18,725 nucleotides of DNA. Origin: an uncultured Anaerolineaceae bacterium. Lineage in GTDB: Bacteria; Chloroflexota; Anaerolineae; Aggregatilineales; Phototrophicaceae. Below are positions 7,886 to 14,853 of the stretch, piece after piece. How positions within the stretch are numbered: position 1 is the first letter of the stretch; every line of letters begins with the position of its first letter. Under the pieces are notes generated by a model that was not told the origin of the DNA, searched no databases, and saw only the letters and a list, made by a program, of their open reading frames with translations. The DNA lies in assembly GCA_964417785.1 (NCBI GenBank), contig CAYQJO010000067.1, positions 1 through 18,725 of the forward strand, given 5' to 3'. The position numbers were made by a program, and so were the translations under genes.

Positions 7886-8649
7886 GGGCGATCACGGGTC
7901 TGGATGAAGCGTAAGATGGCGACATTACCGTTGCAATCTCCGGGGAAGGCCACCTGGATTTCCGGTGACAGCGCTGTTCCCAGAGACGTTTCCAGACGGA
8001 CGAAATAGACCTGCTGGTTGATGGTATCCGCCACTTTGACCTCAAAGCCAGAGCGTGCGCCATACAACGAGTTTGATCCGGTTGGTTGTTTGGTGTCAAT
8101 GAAATCGTTGTAGACATGAATCTGGTACACCTGTTCCGTCTCCTGTCCGTCCACGCCCAGCACATTGCCCCCGATCCCCTGCCACGCGCAGCCAGCCGCG
8201 TTGGCGGTGTTGGGATTGAAGAGAATGTCATCACGCAGGGTGAACAGGAAGGGGTTGTCCGTCGGTGTAAATGTCAATGTCGGGCCAACGGGTGTGGCCG
8301 TGTCAGTGGCGGTCGGGCTGGCCGACGGGGTGAAGGTCGCTGAAGGTGTGGGCGTCGGTCCCGGTGTTTCGGTAATGGTCGGTGAGGGTGTGACCGACTG
8401 GGTTTCGGTGGGTACTTCGGTGAAGGTCGGTGTATTGGACGGCGTGAGAGTGGCTGTGGGGGTTTCGCTTGGTGTGACGGTGAAGGTCGGTGTCGCTGAT
8501 GGCAACACGATTCCCGTTGGCAGCGGCAGCGCCGCCACCTCATCTTGCTGCTCAGGGCCGAGCAGACGGACGACCACAAACACCAGCATCAAAGCTGACA
8601 GGGTGACAAAGACCAGACTGATGATGTCGTAAACGCGGGCAGTGTTCAT
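7882..8649 (-). CDS. Membrane protein, paralog A. It has a short N-terminus, one transmembrane helix, a long PT-rich linker and a two-cysteine C-terminal domain.
   Basis: The transmembrane helix is IISLVFVTLSALMLVFVVVRLL. The linker (TPTFTVTPSETPTATLTPSNTPTFTEVPTET...) is about 100 aa. The C-terminal domain (GCAWQGIGGNVLGVDGQE ... CNGNVAILRFIQTRDRP) is homologous to that of 7019..7885. Confidence 0.7.
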   Translation of the reverse strand: MNTARVYDIISLVFVTLSALMLVFVVVRLLGPEQQDEVAALPLPTGIVLPSATPTFTVTPSETPTATLTPSNTPTFTEVPTETQSVTPSPTITETPGPTPTPSATFTPSASPTATDTATPVGPTLTFTPTDNPFLFTLRDDILFNPNTANAAGCAWQGIGGNVLGVDGQETEQVYQIHVYNDFIDTKQPTGSNSLYGARSGFEVKVADTINQQVYFVRLETSLGTALSPEIQVAFPGDCNGNVAILRFIQTRDRP

Positions 8650-8654
8650 CAGGG

Positions 8655-8756
8655 CTAGACCAGTTGAAAAACGACAAATAGAACCCAGAAAAAGGACAGC
8701 ACCAGAAACGTGATTGAAATCATGTTGTAGATGCGGGCGTTGCCTGTTCCAAGCAT
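8655..8756 (-). CDS. Micro-ORF of 33 aa (MLGTGNARIYNMISITFLVLSFFWVLFVVFQLV). A single transmembrane helix, homologous to the N-terminal anchor of the downstream paralog A.
   Basis: A strong AGGAG ribosome-binding site lies 7 nt upstream of the ATG. It begins 9 nt after the PPIase stop codon and ends 5 nt before the ATG of 7882..8649. The sequence NARIYNMISITFLVLSFFWVLFVVFQL is similar to TARVYDIISLVFVTLSALMLVFVVVRL of the next gene. Confidence 0.4.
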   Translation of the reverse strand: MLGTGNARIYNMISITFLVLSFFWVLFVVFQLV

Positions 8757-8765
8757 GGCGAGCTC

Positions 8766-9665
8766 CTAATTGATATAGCGCTCGATAGTGGCAGTTTCCC
8801 GGCGTGAATCCAGCCAGGTGATGAATTGATCGATGTTTTGCTGCACGCGCTCCTGGTCGGAGACTTCGCGCTGGCCGGCTTCGAGCGTTTCGACAATATG
8901 ATAACCGAGCATAGTTTGTACTGGCCCGGTCCGTTCGCCCGGATTGAGCGAAAACGCGACTTGCGTCAGTTCCGGTGTCAGCAGGTCATCGCGGTCGAAC
9001 CAGCCCAGATCACCGCCCTGGTCGCGGGTGGTCACATCCAGTGAATACTCCGCCGCCAGCACCGCGAAATCCTCGCCAGCAGCCAGACGGGCAAAGACCT
9101 CGCGGGCTTCGTCCTCAGTCTCCACCAGGATATGGCGGGCACGGACCTGCTCAACCGGGCCACTGGTTGGTTGAATGATCTCCATTTGAAGGCGTTGGGT
9201 AATCAGGGTATCGGGCAGCGTGTCCAGATATTCCTGCTCATTTGCGAACTGGTTGGCAGATAGCCAATTCTGCCATGCGCTGTCGTCCGGCAGTGCCGCC
9301 CGTGCCTGCTCGTATTCAGACTGAATATCGGCGTCGCTGATGGTGATTCCCATCTCGGCAGCGGCCTGATTGATGATGGCCTGCTCAATCAGTGTGTTCA
9401 GCACCAGACTCGCAACAGCGTCATAACTGGCCCCATTCTGTTGGCGGCGATCAAATGCCCGCTGGAATTCGTTCAATGTGATGGCTTCGCCGTTGACCCG
9501 GGCGACCAGTTGCTCGCCGTCGTTGTTCAACGGTAGGGCCGGTTCGGCGGTGGTTTGAATGGTAGCAGTGGGTTGTGGTGCAGTGGTCGCCGGTGCATCA
9601 TCACCATCAGATGAACAGGCAGCAGCCAACAATAACACCAGAATCCCAATGAATACGCGATACAT
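8766..9665 (-). CDS. Parvulin-type (PpiC) peptidyl-prolyl cis-trans isomerase with a SurA/PrsA-like N-terminal chaperone region. A probable lipoprotein or secreted foldase.
   Basis: The rotamase motifs are ARHILV, GGDLGWF and GYHIVE. The ATG at 9665 is preceded by AAGGA and followed by the signal peptide MYRVFIGILVLLLAAAC. The longer ORF to 9842 has no ribosome-binding site. Confidence 0.8.
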   Translation of the reverse strand: MYRVFIGILVLLLAAACSSDGDDAPATTAPQPTATIQTTAEPALPLNNDGEQLVARVNGEAITLNEFQRAFDRRQQNGASYDAVASLVLNTLIEQAIINQAAAEMGITISDADIQSEYEQARAALPDDSAWQNWLSANQFANEQEYLDTLPDTLITQRLQMEIIQPTSGPVEQVRARHILVETEDEAREVFARLAAGEDFAVLAAEYSLDVTTRDQGGDLGWFDRDDLLTPELTQVAFSLNPGERTGPVQTMLGYHIVETLEAGQREVSDQERVQQNIDQFITWLDSRRETATIERYIN

Positions 9666-9970
9666 ACCTATCCTTAAACGTCGATCTCTGGCGCATATTA
9701 TGCGACCAGCATCAGATAATCGCAAGTGGCACACCTGACAGAGATTGAACCACGCCATTTCAATGGCAGTGGTTTCTCGTTTTGTATCGGGTATAGACGG
9801 GCAAAACACGCCATCATCAGGCGTTTTTGTGCTATACTTCACTGTGGCGGTCGCTCAGACAAATCTCTCTGAAGTGTTGGCCGTGATGGAAGTTAATGGC
9901 GTCAACCGAGGCTCAGGCCCAGATCGACGCCTGAAACGCGGACGAATAACCTTATTAAGGAGAAGTATTA

Positions 9971-10831
9971 GTGGCAATCCCGAAACTGACTTTTGGACGT
10001 ACCGGACATGAGAGTACCCGTACATTGTTCGGCGCGGCGTCGTTGGGCAAGGTGACACAGGCCGAGGCCGATAAGACGCTGGACCTGCTGCTGGAATATG
10101 GTGTTAACCACATCGACACCGCCGCCAGCTACGGCGAATCCGAACTGCGCATCGGTCCCTGGATGGAAAAATATCGTGACCAGTTCTTCCTGGCGACCAA
10201 GACCGGCAAACGTACTTATGCCGAAGCCAAAGAGGAGTTCGAGCGCTCACTGGAACGGCTGCGTGTAGATTCAGTTGATCTGATCCAGCTTCACTATCTG
10301 GTGGGCGAGGAAGAATGGGAAGTGGCGATGGGTTCCGGCGGCGTGCTGGAATACCTGATCGAGGCCAAAGACCAGGGTCTGGTGAAGTATATCGGTGTGA
10401 CCGGCCACGACGTCGCCATTGTCCACATGCACCGTAAGAGCCTGGAACGCTACGACTTCGATTCGGTGCTGCTGCCCTACAATTACTTGATGATGCAAAA
10501 TCCGGAATACGCCGCTGGTTTCAACGAGATTCTGCGGATGGCGAAAGAGCGTAACGTCGCCGTTCAGACCATTAAGTCGATCAGCCGCCGTCGCTACACC
10601 GGCGACCGCACGCATTCGACCTGGTATGAGCCGTTGACCGACCAGGACGCTATTGACAATCTGGTCCACTGGGTGCTGGGTCAGGAAGGCATCTTCCTCA
10701 ACACCGTCGGTGACATCACCGTGCTGCCGAAGGTACTGGATGCGGCCAGCCGCTTCGAGGGCCAACGTCCGTCGGATGCGGAAATGGACGCGCTGGTGGC
10801 TCAGAACGCGATGGAGCCGCTGTTTACGTAA
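9971..10831 (+). CDS. Aldo/keto reductase family oxidoreductase.
   Basis: The N-terminus reads [21 protein letters not shown], and the sequence [12 protein letters not shown] contains the catalytic Tyr typical of the AKR fold. The start is a GTG with AAGGAG 9 nt upstream. Confidence 0.8.
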   Translation: MAIPKLTFGRTGHESTRTLFGAASLGKVTQAEADKTLDLLLEYGVNHIDTAASYGESELRIGPWMEKYRDQFFLATKTGKRTYAEAKEEFERSLERLRVDSVDLIQLHYLVGEEEWEVAMGSGGVLEYLIEAKDQGLVKYIGVTGHDVAIVHMHRKSLERYDFDSVLLPYNYLMMQNPEYAAGFNEILRMAKERNVAVQTIKSISRRRYTGDRTHSTWYEPLTDQDAIDNLVHWVLGQEGIFLNTVGDITVLPKVLDAASRFEGQRPSDAEMDALVAQNAMEPLFT

Positions 10832-10849
10832 AAGTAGTCCAAACAAAGC

Positions 10850-10877
10850 GAGAAGGCGACCGTCTGGTCGCCTTCTC
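10850..10877. terminator. Bidirectional intrinsic terminator between the convergent aldo/keto reductase and rhodopsin genes.
   Basis: A perfect 12-bp stem GAGAAGGCGACC-gtct-GGTCGCCTTCTC is flanked by TGGGTTCT on the plus-strand side. On the minus-strand side the flank is GCTTTGTTTGG. Confidence 0.6.
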
Positions 10878-10905
10878 TGGGTTCTGAGATGCCTGATGCG
10901 CTCTA

Positions 10906-11712
10906 TTAATTGCTGCTGACCGAAGCCGGCTGTGGATCACGGAAGCGGCGAGCATCATCGAGTTCTACCTCTGTCTCCGCCTCTGACTTGGCCCGCGCAA
11001 TGCTGTAGATCAATACGCCATAGCCACACTTGGCCGCCACATCAGCGATGCAGTAACCAACCTGGATGGCGATCAACGCGGTTGCACCTTCAACGCCGAG
11101 GATCGGCAGGAGATAGACCATCGGGTAAAAGCCCCAGGTGGCGAAGAGGAGCAGCCGAGCGTTGCGTACCAGCACTTTAGCCTCACCGGGCTGGCGATCA
11201 ATCGCTTCGCCAAGCTGGGAAAACAGCGCATACAGGATGTAAAGGAAGGGCAGGGTGCTGATGAAGCCCCACAGGGCGCGGGTACCGTTATCCGGTGCGA
11301 TCTCGCCCGGATAGCCCAGGATGACCATCGCAGCAGCAGCCAGACCCAGACGGAAAGTCATCTTGGCGGCCTGCGCACGCGGCAGCGTCAGCACGGCCAC
11401 CAGTTCAGCCACCAGCAGCGGCACGGTCAGCAGCCAATCGACGTAGCGATAGGCGTCGTTAAATGGTTCTCCGCTGGCAACGTAGGTGCCGTCCTGCAAG
11501 ACATAAGCACCAGCCCAACTCTCAAAAATGCGAAAATAGTGGTAACCGGCTACGGCCACAACCAGCGCCGACATCACCAGCGCCCCGCGATACTTCGGGG
11601 CAACATCCTGGCGCTTCAGCACGAAGAAGATGAATGACGCGAACATGGCCGCAAAGGTGAAAGAGAAAGCGTTGTAGACCAGACTGTACTGATCGGGGGT
11701 AAGTTCTACCAT
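10906..11712 (-). CDS. Microbial (type I) rhodopsin, a proteorhodopsin/xanthorhodopsin-family light-driven proton pump with a DTE motif.
   Basis: Helix C reads RYVDWLLTVPLLVAEL (Asp, Thr, Glu at the BR85/89/96 positions). Helix G reads IADVAAKCGYG, carrying the Schiff-base lysine. Helix F reads WGFYP. Helix E reads LWGFIST, with Gly at the bacteriorhodopsin Trp138 position, as in xanthorhodopsin/Gloeobacter rhodopsin. Helix B carries His in GYHYF. Seven hydrophobic helices are present. The start is ATG 11712 or GTG 11715. Confidence 0.9.
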   Translation of the reverse strand: MVELTPDQYSLVYNAFSFTFAAMFASFIFFVLKRQDVAPKYRGALVMSALVVAVAGYHYFRIFESWAGAYVLQDGTYVASGEPFNDAYRYVDWLLTVPLLVAELVAVLTLPRAQAAKMTFRLGLAAAAMVILGYPGEIAPDNGTRALWGFISTLPFLYILYALFSQLGEAIDRQPGEAKVLVRNARLLLFATWGFYPMVYLLPILGVEGATALIAIQVGYCIADVAAKCGYGVLIYSIARAKSEAETEVELDDARRFRDPQPASVSSN

Positions 11713-11715
11713 CAC

Positions 11716-11850
11716 TCCAATACCTTTAAACTAACACTTCGTTCGGAACGTTCAACTTGTGATGAACGTCACTATGTACAAAGTACAAATATTAGTTAAG
11801 TATTGCGTGTATACGGGCTAAATGTTTACGTAGCGCATAATACGCCATAG
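11716..11850 (-). promoter_or_regulatory. AT-rich island of about 135 bp (roughly 35% GC against about 61% GC background) immediately upstream of the rhodopsin gene. Putative promoter with a TTTGTAC direct repeat and a TGTACA palindrome.
   Basis: The base composition drops sharply here. Read on the minus strand, the sequence is TTAACTAATATTTGTACTTTGTACATAGTGACG. AAAGG and GGAG ribosome-binding elements sit next to the start codon. Confidence 0.35.
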
Positions 11851-11861
11851 CAAGGTTCACC

Positions 11862-11889
11862 CGCCGCCGTGAGCGAACTCACGGCGGCG
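11862..11889 (-). terminator. Stable hairpin about 100 nt downstream of the flotillin stop codon (CGCCGCCGTGAG-cgaa-CTCACGGCGGCG). Candidate terminator or 3' stabiliser without a clear U-tract.
   Basis: A perfect 12-bp GC-rich stem with a 4-nt loop. No T-run follows on either strand, so a terminator role is uncertain. Confidence 0.35.
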
Positions 11890-11990
11890 TAAATGGGGAT
11901 GCTTCATGCGACTGCCCCCAGTTGCTCGGATTTATGGTGCCATCGGCGTCTGGGGGTAACTCGTTGCGGTTTTGCGGTTCAGGAAAAAAA

Positions 11991-13460
11991 TTATGCCGGA
12001 GTCTCGTCGTCCTCTTCCGGCAGGATGGGCGGTCGTTCAACTGGCGCTGTACCGTTTTCCATCTTGATCGCGTTGAACATCTCCGATATTTTCACCAGCG
12101 TCTCCTGGAAGTCGTCACCAGTCAGTGCCTCAACTTTGGTGGTGAACATATCCGCCACCTGCGGGATGTTCAGCAGCATATCCAGGAAGGTATTGCCGGT
12201 AACGCCGTGACCGTTGCCCCCGCCAAAATCGACGATGCGAACGTTGCCACCAAGACCGGCCAGGGCCTGGGCGATGGCTTCCGCCTTGGCGATGTCGGCT
12301 CTGGTGAGCTGCTCGACCACGTACTGGCGCAGGTTGATCTCACCCTCGGCAGCACTGGCGGCGGCGATTTCGCGCCGGCCTTCGGCTTCCGCCAGGAGTT
12401 TGGCGCGTTCACCTTCGGCTTCCGCCAGGAATTGTGCTCGCATACCCTCAGCCTCGGCTTTGTTGCCTTCGGCTTCTGCCTGCTTCATGGCTTTCAGCGC
12501 GTCTGCGTCGGCTTGCGCTTTCTCGCGGATGGCGCGGGCCTGAGCTTCAGCTTCGATCTCAATACGGCGGCGTTCGGCTTCGGCGCGGATTTCAGTCGCC
12601 TGGCGCGACGCCCGGGCCGGGACCAGCACCTCGGCTTCCTGCTGCTGCTCGACGGCCAGTGCCTTGCGCTTCTGCACTTCCTGACCGCTGTCGGCTTCGG
12701 CCAATCCCACCTGGCGGTTGACCTCGACCTCACGCAGCTTCAGCGCTTCGCGTTGCGCCAGAATCTCACGCTGCGCGTCCAGTTCGGCCTGTTCCGCTGC
12801 TTGCAGCGCTTCGGCGGCCTTGACTCGCGCCTGACGGTCGGCTTCCGCTTCGGCGATGGCGGCGTCACGCTTAACGGCAGCGATTTGTGGGGCGGCCATC
12901 GCTTGTAGATAGCCTTGCTCGTCGGTGATCTCCTCGATACCCATCGAGATGACCTTGACACCCATCGCGGCCACATCGTCCGACGCCAGTTCCTGCACTT
13001 TCTGGACGAAGCTGTCGCGGTCGCGGTGGATGGCTTCAACCGACATCTGCCCGACGATGGCGCGGAAGTTGGCGCTCAGGGTTTCCTCAATAACCCGGCG
13101 GACTTCATCTGAGGACTTGTCGAGAAAAGCACGGGTAGCGGTGCGCAGCGCCGATTCTTCGCTGTCGATCTGGACCTGGGCCACCCAGTCTAACTGGATC
13201 GGTACGCCGCTCTCAGTATAGACCTCATCCTTCTCGGTCTTGATCGTCATGATGGTGATGTCGAGCAGCTTGTAGCTCTCAATCACCGGCCATACAAAGA
13301 CACCACCGTTCGTCACCAGCCGCGATTGTCCGCGACCGAAAACAACCATGACCTTGCTCGGCGGAACTTTATGATAATAGCGTGTAATAAAAGCGATGAG
13401 TGCCGTGAGCAGCACCACCGCCCCGACAACAACGATGATCCATTCAAAACCACCTTCCAT
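11991..13460 (-). CDS. floT: Flotillin (SPFH/band-7 domain, FloT/YuaG-like) with a long Ala/Glu-rich coiled-coil region.
   Basis: It has an N-terminal transmembrane helix and the SPFH domain (VFVWPVIESYKLLDITIMTI...). The EA-rich repeats (AEAEADRQARVKAAEALQAAEQAELDAQ...) are characteristic of flotillins. An AGGAG ribosome-binding site is present. It starts 10 nt after the stop codon of the nfeD-like gene. Confidence 0.88.
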   Translation of the reverse strand: MEGGFEWIIVVVGAVVLLTALIAFITRYYHKVPPSKVMVVFGRGQSRLVTNGGVFVWPVIESYKLLDITIMTIKTEKDEVYTESGVPIQLDWVAQVQIDSEESALRTATRAFLDKSSDEVRRVIEETLSANFRAIVGQMSVEAIHRDRDSFVQKVQELASDDVAAMGVKVISMGIEEITDEQGYLQAMAAPQIAAVKRDAAIAEAEADRQARVKAAEALQAAEQAELDAQREILAQREALKLREVEVNRQVGLAEADSGQEVQKRKALAVEQQQEAEVLVPARASRQATEIRAEAERRRIEIEAEAQARAIREKAQADADALKAMKQAEAEGNKAEAEGMRAQFLAEAEGERAKLLAEAEGRREIAAASAAEGEINLRQYVVEQLTRADIAKAEAIAQALAGLGGNVRIVDFGGGNGHGVTGNTFLDMLLNIPQVADMFTTKVEALTGDDFQETLVKISEMFNAIKMENGTAPVERPPILPEEDDETPA

Positions 13461-13470
13461 GTCTTGCTCC

Positions 13471-14004
13471 TTAATTGTTTCGTTTCTTCTTCACAATGAG
13501 CCGGCCTTCACGCACATCAACAACCTCTACGATGTCGCCCTTTTCCAGCAAGACTTCATCGCTGCTGGCTTTGACCGGATACTTCATCACCGACCCGGCC
13601 TCCACCATTGCTTCGCCGGTTTTGCCTGGTGGGATGTTGACTGTGATGCGAGCGAAAGCCCCGATCAAGGATTCGCTGGTTACAACATCGGTGGATTGCT
13701 GCCGGATAACAAAGTTCAACACCGCAGCCGTCGAGCGTCCGAAAATGAGGCCGAAAACGGCTCCAGCGGCCAGGCTGAAGGCCAGGTTCCAGCCGGAGAG
13801 TTCCCCAACCAGACCCATCGAGCCAAAACCAGTCATAAACGCCGCGATGACCATGCAGCCCAGGTTACGAGCTTCCGATGTATCCGCGCCGACATCGACG
13901 TCTACATCCACATCGGTGTCAATGTCGGCAAAATCTCCCAGGAAAATGGAGATCAGCAGAAATGCCACACCACCCGCCATGATTGCCGCGAATATCCACG
14001 TCAT
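13471..14004 (-). CDS. NfeD-family membrane protein (YuaF-like), partner of flotillin.
   Basis: It has N-terminal transmembrane helices plus a C-terminal OB-fold-like tail (GDIVEVVDVREGRLIVKKK). An AGGAG ribosome-binding site is present. The nfeD-floT gene order is conserved in many bacteria. Confidence 0.78.
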   Translation of the reverse strand: MTWIFAAIMAGGVAFLLISIFLGDFADIDTDVDVDVDVGADTSEARNLGCMVIAAFMTGFGSMGLVGELSGWNLAFSLAAGAVFGLIFGRSTAAVLNFVIRQQSTDVVTSESLIGAFARITVNIPPGKTGEAMVEAGSVMKYPVKASSDEVLLEKGDIVEVVDVREGRLIVKKKRNN

Positions 14005-14136
14005 ACTTTTGCCGCTCCTAAGAATTTGATCTCAGTATAGGCCATCCCGGACCAGGTGGGTCCCCCAGAGTTTGGGGCATAGCACACACACTTATGTTAC
14101 AATGGATACGTTCTGTTATGTGTATAGATACCGCCC

Positions 14137-14853
14137 GTGAGCGATTTCAAGCCCGACATCTGGCGTCTTCAGGCGCAGTTCAACACGCAGGGTCTCGTAG
14201 AGGCGTTGGCGAACGATGACGCCGGTATTCGTCGGCGTGCCGCTGCCGCATTACGTGCGCTGGGGGCCTATCATGCCATCCCTGAGCTTGAGGCCGCCCT
14301 GGAAAGCGAATCCGACCCGGAGACCCGTGCGAATATGTTGGCGGCGCTGGCGACGCTGCACCAGGAGCGGGAACGCAAAGAGCAGGATGAAGCGACGCTC
14401 GAAGTACCCGGTGCGCGGTTGACCGAGGTGGACCGCTTGCTTCAGGCCCTTCAGGTGACGACCGATCCCGATACCATCATCCAACTGGCACGCAAATTAG
14501 GTGATCTGGGAGCCAAGCAGGCCGTCGATACCCTGGTGGTGCTGTTCAACAATGCCCAGTTGCCCATCCGTGTGCGATTGGCGGTGGCGGAAGTTCTGCT
14601 TAAACTGGAAAGTGCGCCGATTGAGGTGGCGCTGCTGGGGGCGCTTTCCAGCCCACAGTGGCGGGTGCGCCGCAACAGTGCGGCTATTCTGGGCCAACTT
14701 CGGGCGGTCTGGGCGGTTGAACCGCTGGCGGTGGCGCTGCGCGATGAGCATGAAATGGTGCGCCGGACTGCCTATGCGGCGTTGAGGAATATCGGTACGC
14801 CGGAAGCACTGCGTGCGATACGCCGGAAGGAAGAGGACCAGGAGGGGTTATGA
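14137..14853 (+). CDS. HEAT-repeat (PBS-lyase-like) protein, cytoplasmic.
   Basis: There are repeated helical units of about 30 aa with the pattern xxVRxxAAxALGxIG (IRRRAAAALRALG, VRRNSAAILGQL, VRRTAYAALRNIG). The start is GTG. The stop codon overlaps the downstream ATG (ATGA). Confidence 0.72.
   Translation: MSDFKPDIWRLQAQFNTQGLVEALANDDAGIRRRAAAALRALGAYHAIPELEAALESESDPETRANMLAALATLHQERERKEQDEATLEVPGARLTEVDRLLQALQVTTDPDTIIQLARKLGDLGAKQAVDTLVVLFNNAQLPIRVRLAVAEVLLKLESAPIEVALLGALSSPQWRVRRNSAAILGQLRAVWAVEPLAVALRDEHEMVRRTAYAALRNIGTPEALRAIRRKEEDQEGL

Noticed and set aside
8165-8632. 155-aa GVGV-rich ORF on the plus strand and a Pro/Arg/His-rich ORF at 8274-8579 on the minus strand.
   Set aside because: These are alternative frames of the PT-linker repeat region of 7882..8649 and carry low-complexity composition only.
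9666-9842. 59-aa N-terminal extension of the PPIase ORF (MKYSTKTPDDG...).
   Set aside because: The internal ATG at 9665 has an AAGGA ribosome-binding site and begins a canonical signal peptide. The extension has no ribosome-binding site and would bury the signal peptide.
9745-10011. 88-aa plus-strand ORF spanning the intergenic region and the aldo/keto reductase start.
   Set aside because: It has no ribosome-binding site, runs through a hairpin plus T-run and overlaps the well-supported reductase start (GTG preceded by AAGGAG).
11922-12908. 328-aa ORF on the plus strand antisense to the flotillin gene, with several nested ORFs at 12214-12733.
   Set aside because: It overlaps a gene with unmistakable SPFH/flotillin homology. 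Its Gly/Arg/Leu-rich composition is typical of antisense frames of GC-rich Ala/Glu-repeat coding sequence.
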